A DNA stretch of 64,000 bases from assembly GCA_965235115.1 (NCBI GenBank), contig OZ249436.1:620001-684000 (forward strand). The letters are read 5' to 3'. Position 1 is the stretch's first letter, and each line of letters starts with the position of its first letter. The notes beneath the pieces are model-generated. The model did no database searches, was not told where the DNA came from, and saw only the letters and a program-made list of their open reading frames with translations. This DNA comes from Laetmonice hystrix (lineage: Eukaryota). A program made the position numbers and the translations under genes. Below are positions 50,801 through 62,749 of the stretch, piece after piece.

Positions 50801-53800
50801 GATCCTGGGCCGGGAACAGTGTAAGTATAGAGTGTGGGACCCCGGGCCAGGAACAGTGTAAGTATAGAGTGTGGGATCCTGGGCCAGGAACAGTGTAAGT
50901 ATAGAGTGTGGGATCCTGGGCCAGGAACAGTGTAAGTATAGAGTGTGGGATCCTGGGCCAGGAACAGTGTAAGTATAGAGTGTGGGATCCTGGGCCAGGA
51001 ACAGTGTAAGTATAGAGTGTGGGATCCTGGGCCAGGAACAGTGTAAGTATAGAGTGTGGGATCCTGGGCCAGGAACAGTGTAAGTATAGAGTGTGGGATC
51101 GTGGGCCAGGAACAGTGTAAGTATAGAGTGTGGGATCCTGGGCCAGGAACAGTGTAAGTATAGAGTGTGGGATCGTGGGCCAGGAACAGTGTAAGTATAG
51201 AGTGTGGGATCGTGGGCCAGGAACAGTGTAAGTATAGAGTGTGGGATCCTGGGCCAGGAACAGTGTAAGTATAGAGTGTGGGATCCTGGGCCAGGAACAG
51301 TGTAAGTATAGAGAGTGGGATCCTGGGCCAGGAACAGTGTAAGTATAGAGTGTGGGATCGTGGGCCAGGAACAGTGTAAGTATAGAGTGTGGGATCGTGG
51401 GCCAGAAACAGTGTAAGTATAGAGTGTGGGATCGTGGGCCAGGAACAGTGTAAGTATAGAGTGTGGGATCCTGGGCCAGGAACAGTGTAAGTATAGAGTG
51501 TGGGATCGTGGGCCAGGAACAGTGTAAGTATAGAGTGCGGGATCCTGGGCCAGGAATAGTGTAAGTCAGATATTGTCATAGATTAAATTACAATTTGTAA
51601 AACAATTGGAGAAAAAGGCTATTGTTTATCTAACATAATTGAACAATGACTGCATTATGTGTTTCGTGTTGTTCTTGTGATTAGGGGTTTGCTTTCTCAC
51701 TACTGTTCTTGTTAGCCGCCAGGTGGCAGCATGCTATGGCCACTAGGGCCTTATTCACGTAACATTATGGTTGTATGGTTGCAGATAATTATCACAATAT
51801 CAAAGGATGCCAGTGTGGTCAGCCACCACGAGAGATTGTGCTCAGGAGAGAGAGAAAACATATTGACAACCATCACATCTTGTACCAAACTACAGGTTGG
51901 AATTTTGTTCAGTTGAAAACCTGAGGAGTCAGGCATAATATAATTTCAGGCTAACAAGGAGTGGGACTGGGTGGGGTTAACATTGGCCTGTAATGCTGAA
52001 GTGTTGACAAGTTTAGTTTTGATGTATTGGGTACAGATCTAGTCTGTGTGGGTAAGATATTGTACAAGAAAAATGAGTAAACTGGTAATGTACCTGGAGG
52101 TCTATTGAAACGGGTAGAGCAACAAGTATATCAAATGGCTTCATTACTGTTGCAGGACCCTTAGCTCTCGGAGAGTACGTGATCCCATTCAAGATGATGC
52201 TCCCAGATTCAGCTCCAGGCCAGTACTTCTGCAGTACTCATTACAATATACTTAAGGCAGTCATCTAGCTATAGCCTTTTGGCATATCGGCCCGATACCC
52301 TGAGTTTTAGCTCTGATACGTGACCAAAACGGCCAATACACTGTTCTTTAAGGCCGATACACAACGAAAATCACTGAAGCCCCTCCTGCACTCTCCCTGT
52401 GCTGGCCTCACGTAGCACTGGGCTGTACGCCCACGCTGAGATTTCCTTCTAGCTAGAACACTGGAAGCGGTTGAACTTGAAGCTACCTAACTCATAAAGA
52501 AGGCCGAGTGGTGTTGAGGTTGTTAAAGGTTTTTATTTAATCATGTGAACCTACATGTTTCCACTCAGTTATAGGAACAGTTGTGATTAGGGAATCTACA
52601 GAAGGCCGAGTGGTGTTGAGGTTGTTAAAGGTTTTTATTTAATCATGTGAACCTACATGCTTCCACTCAGTTATAGGAACAGTTGTGATTAGGGAATCTA
52701 CAGAAGGCCGAGTGGTGTTGAGGTTGTTAAAGGTTTTTATTTAATCATGTGAACCTACATGCTTCCACTCAGTTATAGGAACAGTTGTGATTAGGGAATC
52801 TACAGAAGGCCGAGTGGTGTTGAGGTTGTTAAAGGTTTTTATTTAATCATGTGAACCTACATGCTTCCACTCAGTTATAGGAACAGTTGTGATTAGGGAA
52901 TCTACAGAAGGCTGAGTGGCGTTGAGGTTGTTAAAGGTGAACCTACATGTTTCCACTTAGTTATAGGAACAGTTGTGATTAGGGAATCTATTCTAAACCT
53001 AACTGTGTAGTAGAACGTGGTGGAAACTTGTAAACCTAATGCTGGGTTTCTACTGTACGAAATTCGGTTGATCGGTGACATTCCGGAAATCAGGACTGTC
53101 GGTCACGGACAAGTTTCCTTCTGGAGTGGGCGTGCACGCTGCACGATTTCCGGCGGCAAAACATGGCGGGAATCAGGAAAGCTGGCCACACCCCCGCCTC
53201 CGACGCCATTTTCAGCTACTATCATGTGACACACTCCCTCTTTCCAATTGGCTGGCGCACAATCTGAGATTTGTACCTAATGATTCCACATTCCCACTGC
53301 CCGACTACACGTAATTCTGCAGGTCTACTCCTCAGAAATTCTGCAGGTCTACTCAGAAATTCGGCCAGAGTCTGACATGCCAGACTTTCCCAAATTTTTT
53401 CATTCCGGATTTCCTGGCAATCAATGGCCTGGTTTTGTGTGCACACTGTACAAAATTCGGGAGATCGGTTAGGCCGACTTGGAAAATCAGTGGGCAGTGG
53501 GACCACGGCTTTAACTGGTAGAATATAGTGGAAACTTGTAAACCTAACTCAGTGGTAGAATACAGTGGAAACTTGTAAACCTAACTCAGTGGTAGAATAC
53601 AGTGGAAACTTGTAAACCTAACTCAGTGGTAGAATACAGTGGAAACTTGTAAACCTAACTCAGTGGTAGAATATAGTGGAAACTTGTAAACCTAACTCAG
53701 TGGTAGAATACAGTGGAAACTTGTAAACCTAACTCAGTGGTAGAATACAGTGGAAACTTGTAAACCTAACTCAGTGGTAGAATACAGTGGAAACTTGTAA

Positions 53801-56800
53801 ACCTAATTCAGTGGTAGAATACAGTGGAAACTTGTAAACCTAACTCAGTGGTAGAATACAGTGGAAACTTGTAAACCTAACTCAGTGGTAGAATACAGTG
53901 GAAACTTGTAAACCTAATTCAGTGGTAGAATACAGTGGAAACTTGTAAACCTAACTCAGTGGTAGAATATAGTGGAAACTTGTAAACGAAACTCAGCTGG
54001 TAGAATGTAGTGGAAACTTGTAAACGAAACTCAGCTGGTAGAATGTAGTGGAAACTTGTAAACGAAACTCAGCTGGTAGAATGTAGTGGAAACTTGTAAA
54101 CGAAACTCAGCTGGTAGAATGCAATGGAAACTTGTAAACCTAACTCAGTGGTAGAATACAGTGGAAACTTGTAAACCTAACTCAGCTGGTAGAATACAGT
54201 GGAAACTTGTAAACCTAACTCAGTGGTAGAATACAGTGGAAACTTGTAAACGAAACTCAGCTGGTAGAATACAGTGGAAACTTGTAAACCTAATTCAGTG
54301 GTAGAATACAGTGGAAACTTGTAAACCTAACTCAGTGGTAGAATATAGTGGAAACTTGTAAACGAAACTCAGCTGGTAGAATGTAGTGGAAACTTGTAAA
54401 CGAAACTCAGCTGGTAGAATGTAGTGGAAACTTGTAAACGAAACTCAGCTGGTAGAATGCAATGGAAACATGCCCACGGCCCAGTATGGAGAACACAAAG
54501 TTTATGGTGACAAACTAAGATTCTGTATTTTTTATCTACAGAAAAAGTAATAAAATTTCTTGTGTTTTCATCGATAGGCACAATATGTTGGTGCAGCAGA
54601 GAAGGTCCAAAGTGGGATGCTGCTATCAGTTACAGAGTGTGGGCCAGAGTGATCGGAGCAGAAGAAATGAAGGTCACTAAGTCCACAATATTTAAAACAG
54701 TAAACTAAACAGTCCATTCATGATAAAAATGAGTATATCCAAAAGATACACTAAATTATAAAGTGAGGGTTTGGATTATCAGTTAAGGACAAGTGCTAGT
54801 GTGAGGCCAAAAATTTGTTTGAGACAGATTTTTTTTAAATTTTGCAGATAAACAGAGTGTGTTGTCCTCTTTCAAAATTCAGCAAAAAAATGATACCTCA
54901 CCGGGTTACTTTTTTTGTTAAGAGCGTTTGAAATTGATATGTTCGTCATGTTAATTACTAATTACTGTTTAGAATTTTTTTTTTTTTTTTTTTACCATTT
55001 CTATTTGTCATAACGGTCTCCAAGTTATAGAAGTGGTAAAAAAAAAAAAAAAAGTTTGATTTTGAACATTTTCACTTTTTGCTCATTTACGCCAGTGAAA
55101 ATGTTCAAAGTCAAAATTTTTTTTTCTCTCTTTTTTTTTTTTTTTTTTTTTAAACCACTTCTATTTGTCATAACACCGTTCTGACAAAAAAAAAGTAAAA
55201 AAAAAAAATAAAATAAAAAAAAATTGCAAACTCTATTCATTAACATGAAGAAAATACCAACTTCAAACGCTCCTAACAAAAAAACTAAGCCGGTGAGGTA
55301 TCATTTTTTTGCTGAATTTTGAAAGAGGACAACATACTCTGTTTATCTGCAAAATTTAAAAAAAATCTGTCTCAAACAAATTTTTGGCCTCACACTAGCA
55401 CTTGTCCTTAATTACTTCATGATATTTTGATTGTTGTTTCACTGTTTGTATTTAAGTTTCTTTTAAAATGGATGGTGTTTTACTTGTCATGGACTGAGAC
55501 TACTGCAGGAAATTCCCTCCCCCACTCACCTCGTAAGGGATTACTTTTTCTCTATTTGTTTCAGGTGTCACAGGGAGTTGTCATTTCCCCAAGGGGATCG
55601 GATCACTTTCACAATAGTTCTACCCCACCTGTCCATACAGTGCAGGTTGTCAGTATCAGCAAATTCCTCAAAGTTGTCAAGATGAACTTCACTATAGGGG
55701 GAAGGTAGGTTGGATCCTCCGTGACCATTCATAATCTGAATTATTGCAAACCCTGTTGTTATTGTTTTTATAACCGTTGTACTGTCATGTAAGTTTTCAT
55801 TCGCTCTAACTGTCATCATTTGATAGTGACAATGAATCGCCAATGTCTGAAAACAACTAAATAAAAGCTGGTTATGTTTGTGTCAGTTTGGACAAGAGTG
55901 TATATAGGATTGGAGATACGGTCAGGCTGAGTCTTCAAACCAAGAGTCTCAGCAGCAACAGAATCACGAGGATCGTAATGGAGGTATAGTATAAAGACAT
56001 ATAGATGACATCAATTTGGTTTACTTTCACATTTTAGATTTATTTATGAAACTTCTGTGTATGGCCAACGCTTATGAAAATAAGGACTGCATTTCATAAA
56101 TAGTCACTCGTGCACAACGATCTCAAGGGCCCAATTTCTTAAAGTGAGCCAGTGAGACTGCTCAGCTTGAGTGGATTATATTGAGAGCAAACAGTGAGTG
56201 AGGTTGGGTTTGCTGGTTTCAGTTGTTGCGCCACATCAAGTTGATGTTAGCCAGTCAGGATGGGGCTGCAGCCTCCGCAGACACAGAGTCTGCCCTTGAA
56301 CCAGAGGATGGACCTGTTGTAGAGTGGAGTGCTTCCATACAAAACACCAAAGACATTCAACTAAACATGTAAGTCAAACCACAGGTGAGGTTCGGGTTGG
56401 GTTTACATCAAAACTGTTAGGATAAGTTTACTTCAGTACAGTCACTACAGACATACACGGGAAGTATTTTCCAACATCCTGATAATAACCCGTACCCTTT
56501 GTTTTGACAAGTAATAATTGAGTGATTATTGTGAAGGCATTGACCAACTGTCTGCATGGGGAGACAGTCATGATTAACATTGGGTGTAACTTTTGTAGGG
56601 GAGTGCAAACTTTATATATTCCCCTGAACAAGGACATGAATGGGGTTACTATTCCACCTTCTACTCAAGGAAGATATGTTCAGGTAAATAGGTCTAGGGC
56701 ATGGCTGTGTAAGCAGTGAAAGATTGTATTAATGGCATGGCTAAGGAAACCCAAGGACATGGATTTTCAGGTTACATGGATTTATCAAGAGCTTGGCAGT

Positions 56801-58391
56801 ACATGGCATGCTTTGGATGAGGTTACAAATATTTAAGATAAGGGCTTGAGGGGTTAGGTAGAGGTCGGTGAAACATTAAACCAGGGGTCGATTTCCATGC
56901 AAGTCCGTGAGTCCAGGACACCCACAAATCATGAAAGGCTATCATTTTTCTACCTTACAAGTCCGTTAGTCCAGGACACCCACAAATCATGAAAGGCTAT
57001 CATTTTTCTACCTTACAAGTCCGTGAGTCCAGGACACAGACACTCACAAATCATGAAAGGCTATCATTTTTCTACCTTACAAGTCCGTTAGTCCAGGACA
57101 CCCACAAATCATGAAAGGCTATCAATTTTCTACCTTACAAGTCCGTGAGTTCAGGACACCCACAAATCATGAAAGGCTATCAATTTTCTACCTTACAAGT
57201 CCGTGAGTCCAGGACACCCACAAATCATGAAAGGCTATCAATTTTCTACCTTACAAGTCCTGCTGACTCCGGCTCGAAATCTACCCCTGTAAAAGTAGTA
57301 CGGTCAGCAAGATACACTTTTACAAGGGTGCTGTGTCTGTGCTAGGTATTAGATCGTATTTTCTGACTCCTGGGTAGTGGCTTTGTCTGTTTGCTTAAAG
57401 TTTGGTTTTATATATTTTATGGACACCCCATCATTAAGTGATTTCAGAAAATTAATTATAAAAAATTCATGTTTCATTCCCAAAAAATCGTTTTGGTATT
57501 ATAAAATGAAATCTTTCATCCCTTCAAAATCGTTTTGTTCATAGAAAATAGCACAGATGCTGAAGGATTGTATAACGAGAAGTTGATTGTTGTTTTAGTG
57601 CAGTCACATAATTCGTGTCACAGTTCATCTAGAGGCCGGTGACGAGGTCACATTGATGGTCCCAATCCCACACGTTAAACCCGCGATAACCAAGGTCAGC
57701 TGGAAATGGCCTAACAACTCTTGATCATGGTTTCAGTATTTTATGTAAATCATGATATCAATCCATAGGATGCATGCGATAGTTTTCATTTCTGGATCTA
57801 TGTTGAGCATTTGACATTAATAAGTTTGGATGTATTATGGGAATCATGACATTGTCTGATGATTCTGCAGCGTGAGACTGATGCGGAGACACAACCCTGG
57901 ACTTCCCACTGTACACGGATTATCAGTAACAGTGAGATCTACTGGAATCAACCCCGAGTTACTGACTCAGGTCAGATAATTCTACTCTACTAATTGTAAA
58001 TATGGGGTAACCTTATTCTTCTCAACCCAATTCTTGATAAATTGTATAAAGTGACTACATGTACTTTCAGGTGCAAAGTTTCAGAGTTGTACGACTTGCC
58101 TTGTTGATGTCATTTAACACTTAGTAACCCTTCACTTTACCAGTACTAAAGCCCTAATATTTTCACTCTTTTTTTCAAAAGTAGCTTTTGTATGTTCACA
58201 TGTTCACCAGTTCAGGTTTGTACCAATTGTGTGCTTTTACATCAAGGTTCAGGGCCCCTAAAACTTGGCTTTAAAAAAGTGAGAAAAAAATATATCCAAA
58301 TTATTTCATAACTCGTCACATTTCTGATTATTTTTTTTCGTTTTCAGACTGGGAGATATACCAGACGTTTGCATCCCTTGGGCCACAGTAG
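47898..58391 (+). CDS. Arrestin-domain-containing protein (divergent alpha-arrestin/ARRDC-like), 12 coding exons, about 370 aa
   Basis: Exons 47898-47959, 49933-50006, 51785-51895, 52156-52218 (GC donor), 54578-54672, 55565-55704, 55887-55983, 56223-56368, 56599-56683, 57599-57694, 57871-57970 and 58348-58391. Phases are all consistent and the total is 1113 nt. Arrestin-N-like motifs: TDKVEYESGHTIYGVVYLKV, LALGEYVIPFKMMLPDSAP, ISYRVWARV. Arrestin-C-like motifs: LDKSVYRIGDTVRL, LYIP..IPPST..VQCSHIIRVTV..LMVPI. The last exon is uncertain. Confidence 0.85.
47998..48851. mobile_element. Tc1/mariner-type MITE (854 bp, TA TSD) in arrestin intron 1
   Basis: About 38-bp TIR TCGGGTGGATAAAAAAAAACGCCCCGAACTTTAAACTT with its reverse complement at the right end, plus longer imperfect subterminal inverted similarity. 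Flanked by TA at 47996-47997 and 48852-48853. Confidence 0.85.
49207..49570. repeat. Two diverged copies of a GGTCTCGATCGAAATCGGCCGCC...CTAACCCTAGG element (probable TE remnant)
   Basis: Direct similarity between about 49207-49320 and about 49450-49570, with CTAACC-type subrepeats. Confidence 0.55.
49974..51566 (+). repeat. 37-bp minisatellite, 43 copies, each containing the exon-2 3' end and the GTAAGT donor
   Basis: TATAGAGTGTGGGATCCTGGGCCAGGAACAGTGTAAG. First donor at 50007, last at 51561 (a difference of 42 x 37). Confidence 0.95.
52499..52990. repeat. 102-bp tandem repeat, about 5 copies
   Basis: AGGCCGAGTGGTGTTGAGG... at 52501, 52603 and onward. Confidence 0.9.
53040..53511. mobile_element. 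Possible PIF/Harbinger-like MITE inserted in the 37-bp satellite
   Basis: A unique GC-richer block splits a satellite unit. Imperfect inverted ends TGCTGGGTTTCTACTG / CAGTGGGACCACGGCT with TAA-like flanks. Confidence 0.4.
53515..54468. repeat. 37/38-bp minisatellite, about 25 copies
   Basis: GTGGTAGAATACAGTGGAAACTTGTAAACCTAACTCA repeated. Confidence 0.95.
54787..55407. mobile_element. Kolobok-like MITE (621 bp, TTAA TSD, GG...CC ends, long TIRs) in arrestin intron 5
   Basis: About 120-bp near-perfect TIRs starting GGACAAGTGCTAGTGTGAGGCC, with TTAA at 54783-54786 and 55408-55411. Purine (RR) termini fit Kolobok rather than piggyBac. Confidence 0.85.
56882..57289. mobile_element. MITE with CAG-type TIR whose interior is a 58-bp minisatellite (about 6 copies)
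   Basis: CAGGGGTCGATTTC / GAAATCTACCCCTG (1 mismatch), flanks TAAAC / TAAAA, internal period 58 (56900, 56958, ...). Confidence 0.75.
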
Positions 58392-59790
58392 GTGTGATGA
58401 GGACGACAGCCACCAAGTTACGTTTGCATCCCTTGGGCCACAGTAAGTGTGACGAGGACGACAACCACCAAGTTACGTTTGCATCCCTTGGGCCACAGTA
58501 AGTGTGACGAGGACAACAACCACCAAGTTACGTTTGTATCCCTTGGGCCACAGTAAGTGTGATGAGGACGACAACCACCAAGTTACGTTTGCATCCCTTG
58601 GGCCACAGTAAGTGTGACGAGGACAACAACCACCAAGTTACGTTTGTATCCCTTGGGCCACAGTAAGTGTGATGAGGACAACAACCACTAAGTTACGTTT
58701 GTATCCCTTGGGCCACAGTAAGTGTGACAGGGACAACAACCACCAAGTTACGTTTGTATCCCTTGGGCCACAGTAAGTGTGATGAGGACGACAACCACCA
58801 AGTTACGTTTGTATCCCTTGGGCCACAGTAAGTGTGACGAGGATGACAACCACCAAGTTACGTTTGCATCCCTTGGGCCACAGTAAGTGTGACGAGGACG
58901 ACAACCACCAAGTTACGTTTGCATCCCTTGGGCCACAGTAAGTGTGATGAGGACGACAACCACCAAGTTACGTTTGTATCCCTTGGGCCACAGTAAGTGT
59001 GATGAGGACTACAACCACCAAGTTACGTTTGCATCCCTTGGGCCACAGTAAGTGTGATGAGGACGACAACCACCAAGTTACGTTTGCATCCCTTGGGCCA
59101 CAGTAAGTGTGACGAGGATGACAACCACCAAGTTACGTTTGCATCCCTTGGGCCACAGTAAGTGTGATGAGGACAACCACCAAGTTACGTTTGTATCCCT
59201 TGGGCCACAGTAAGTGTGACGAGGATGACAACCACCAAGTTACGTTTGCATCCCTTGGGCCACAGTAAGTGTGACGAGGACGACAACCACCAAGTTACGT
59301 TTGCATCCCTTGGGCCACAGTAAGTGTGATGAGGACGACAACCACCAAGTTACGTTTGCATCCCTTGGGCCACAGTAAGTGTGATGAGGACGACAACCAC
59401 CAAGTTACGTTTGCATCCCTTGGGCCACAGTAAGTGTGATGAGGACGACAACCACCAAGTTACGTTTGCATCCCTTGGGCCACAGTAAGTGTGATGAGGA
59501 CGACAACCACCAAGTTACGTTTGTATCCCTTGGGCCACAGTAAGTGTGATGAGGACAACAACCACCAAGTTACGTTTGTATCCCTTGGGCCACAGTAAGT
59601 GTGACGAGGACAACAACCACCAAGTTACGTTTGTATCCCTTGGGCCACAGTAAGTGTGACGAGGACAACAACCACCAAGTTACGTTTGTATCCCTTGGGC
59701 CACAGTAAGTGTGACGAGGACAACAACCACCAAGTTACGTTTGTATCCCTTGGGCCACAGTAAGAGTGATGAGGACAACAACCACCAAGT
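58365..59790 (+). repeat. 55-bp minisatellite, about 26 copies, first unit overlapping the end of arrestin exon 12
   Basis: ACGTTTGCATCCCTTGGGCCACAGTAAGTGTGATGAGGACGACAACCACCAAGTT at 58365, 58420 and onward. Confidence 0.95.
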
Positions 59791-60238
59791 CACTGTTACA
59801 CATCGTTTATACTCAATATACAGGCACCATATTTTCTTGAAATTGGTTAAACCATGGAATCTTTTGAGTTCAGTTGTAGTCACTAAGGACCTGCTACACG
59901 GCCTGCAACTATATAGACTAAGAGCGAAGTCGGTAACCTCTGGGACAGCTCGATGGAGTATGTGAGGAGGGTTTCAATAATCTACTGGAATTTCTGACAC
60001 AGTGGAAACTCGCTTAACAAAATGTTAACTTACCACCGGAGCTGAGTGAGAAACTTTTAACAGGTACGGAAATTTATGCTCTTTAAGAGTTACGGGTAAT
60101 TCGTACATCAGCATCACGCATGTATAGATTGTGTAATTTTTCTAGTACCGGTAGTAATTCAGAGGATACTCTTTATCAGAGAGTAATGTTTATAGTTTTG
60201 TCTCCAAGACTACTGTACATGTCATACAGAGGCCATAA

Positions 60239-60842
60239 TCAGGAAAACCATGGGTATGAAAACACACCCCAGGCTACCAAATGTAATCATTAACAGGTCA
60301 TCTCCTGTTCTTGTGATATTGGGGTGCCTGTAACAGATGTCAGGAAAACGATGGGTATGAAAACACACCCCAGGCTACCAAATGTAATCATTAACAGGTC
60401 ATCTCCTGTTCTTGTGATATTGGGGTGCCTTTAACAGATGTCAGGAAAACGATGGGTATGAAAACACACCCCAGGCTACCAAATGTAATCATTAACAGGT
60501 CATCTCCTGTTCTTGTGATATTGGGTGCCTGTAACAGATGTCAGGAAAACGATGGGTATGAAAACACACCCCAGGCTACCAAATGTAATCATTAAAACGA
60601 TGGGTATGAAAACACACCCCAGGCTACCAAATGTAATCATTAACAATCTCCTGTTCTTGTGATATTGGGGTGCCTGTAACAGATGTCAGGAAAACCATGG
60701 GTATGAAAACACACCCCAGGCTACCAAATGTAATCATTAACAGGTCATCTCCTGTTCTTGTGATATTGGGGTGCCTGTAACAGATGTCAGGAAAACGATA
60801 GGTATAAAAACACACCCCAGGCTACCAAATGTAATCATTAAC
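60239..60842. repeat. About 101-bp tandem repeat, about 6 copies
   Basis: TCAGGAAAAC...TAACAGATG units. Confidence 0.9.
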
Positions 60843-62749
60843 CAAATTCCTGGTATTTATCTAATGGTTATTGTTATTGTTAACTTCCTGATATGTGGAA
60901 TCTAGCAATTTATTTTATAGCATTTTATCTGGATTAAAAACATTTAGCCAATCAGATTGCACGTAAAACGCTTCAGTATCTGGTTGGCCCAAGTCCCATG
61001 AGGTGAGAAGGGGCAGCAAGTTTCCTCCAGGCTGCCATACCTTTAACGATTGCAAAATGTTATTCTTGTCTACGAGGTTTCATTACTTTTAATGTTTACC
61101 GGTGTACGAGGAAAACTAAAAGTAAAGAAAAGCTGGTTCATTTGTTACAAACCAGAATACACGGAGGCCGATGTTGATATTCGTGCCGGATGTTCTTACT
61201 CAGTTGTCAGAGAAATAAAATCGACACGTGCTACCAAGTCACATTTCTCTTCATTCTCTCTTAAAAGATTAGAAATTTCAGTTGCTCCACCCCCTTAAAA
61301 TGGCCGGGGGGCCGTATCGCTGGCAGTAGCTGTCGGTCTCGTGCCGTGCCCGTTTCTGACAATAGGCGGGCGGTCATGGGGGGAAGAATCACTGGAAGCG
61401 GTTTAACCCCGAGCGTAGGATGGTATGACCCTGGCATTTGTAAAGGTGTAAAACTCAAAAATCCTGTAAAACCTACTGCGCCATTTCAATTTAAGGTACG
61501 CGTTTGTGTATCCTGCATCTGGATCTTGACGGGTTGACAAGTAAATCATTTTTCTCACCTCTGTAGCTTTATCTCATTTTTTACTTGGATCGGTAATAGC
61601 TATGGAACTTTACATTATTCAGATATAACCGTGCTAAGAAGTGAAAACACAAGCAACCATTATAAACATGTTTATTTCATGACAGGCTGTTAAGATGTGT
61701 TTTCTATGAAGAATACACAAACATTCGCCAAAGCTTGAGAATATATTCTGGAAGTACAAGTAAACAATGACGTCAAAGAGTACCATGTTGTGGCACTGGT
61801 ACAACCAGTATTTAAATAGGATGGGTACATGGTGGATCCTTCTCCAAGCTACCATTACCAATTTACCTAAAGGACCACAGTTCTTGACAATAAGAATGTC
61901 AATTAAATATTACCCACAACCGAAACACTTGGACCTCTAGACGTATTTCTCTAGAGTTCATTGTGAATGAACAGCAAAGGTAGGTTCCCGAAGAGATTAC
62001 TATTATGTGTTAAGGTACCGAAATGTAACCAAGTGGTGTGTATTTAAAGAGACGAGTGCTGCAGTATGTACTAAAAGCAAATGTCTGAATTCTAGGCCAA
62101 CCTTCCGGACTTGTTTTGACACAATCATAATAGTCTTCCTTCTTTCCATCTTCATCTTTTAAAATAGTTTGGTAAGAAGCTGTGCAGCACGATCATTTTT
62201 TTGTGGTAGCCAGGTAAAAAAATTGGCTTTTTTTTATAACAAGAACTACCGGTAACTTCCACAAGAGCCAAAACTACCTTCAAAAGTTTAGGATGCACAA
62301 AGAATCCTGCAGACTACATGAGGACATAATGACATATCACTCTGGACTTCAAGTAATGACCCCACTAATTTAACTTCTTACTAATCAAATTCAAAATATA
62401 ACCAGCCACTTTACTCTTCAGTTTGTCCACCTGATACGGACCCGTCGATGGTCTAAGTACTGGAAAACTAGCTGACTCATCAAATAAATACCTCTAGTCA
62501 CAAATCAGTTTAAGCAAGGCCTTATACTACAACTTGGGGCACACTTTCTTCAAACAATTCCGTCTGTGCACAAAAGTCTGCTCAATTTTCCTAATCAGTC
62601 ATCAGTTTCTTACGTTTACTGACCTAGAAGAAAGGTAATATGGTTAGAAAATATTGATCTTAACAGAAAAACACCGATGTGATGTCTGTTCTGTCTTGTG
62701 TTTGGTTGTCACTGCTGCCATCACAACTGAACCGTTCCTACATCACAGT

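Noticed and set aside
49837..51579. 580-aa minus-strand ORF
   Set aside because: Antisense translation of the 37-bp splice-donor satellite.
52258..52463. Additional CAG-ended MITE (CAGTCATCTAGCTA / TAGCTAGAACACTG)
   Set aside because: The TIR has mismatches and the flanks (TAAGG/GAAGC) do not give a convincing TSD, so it is left uncalled.
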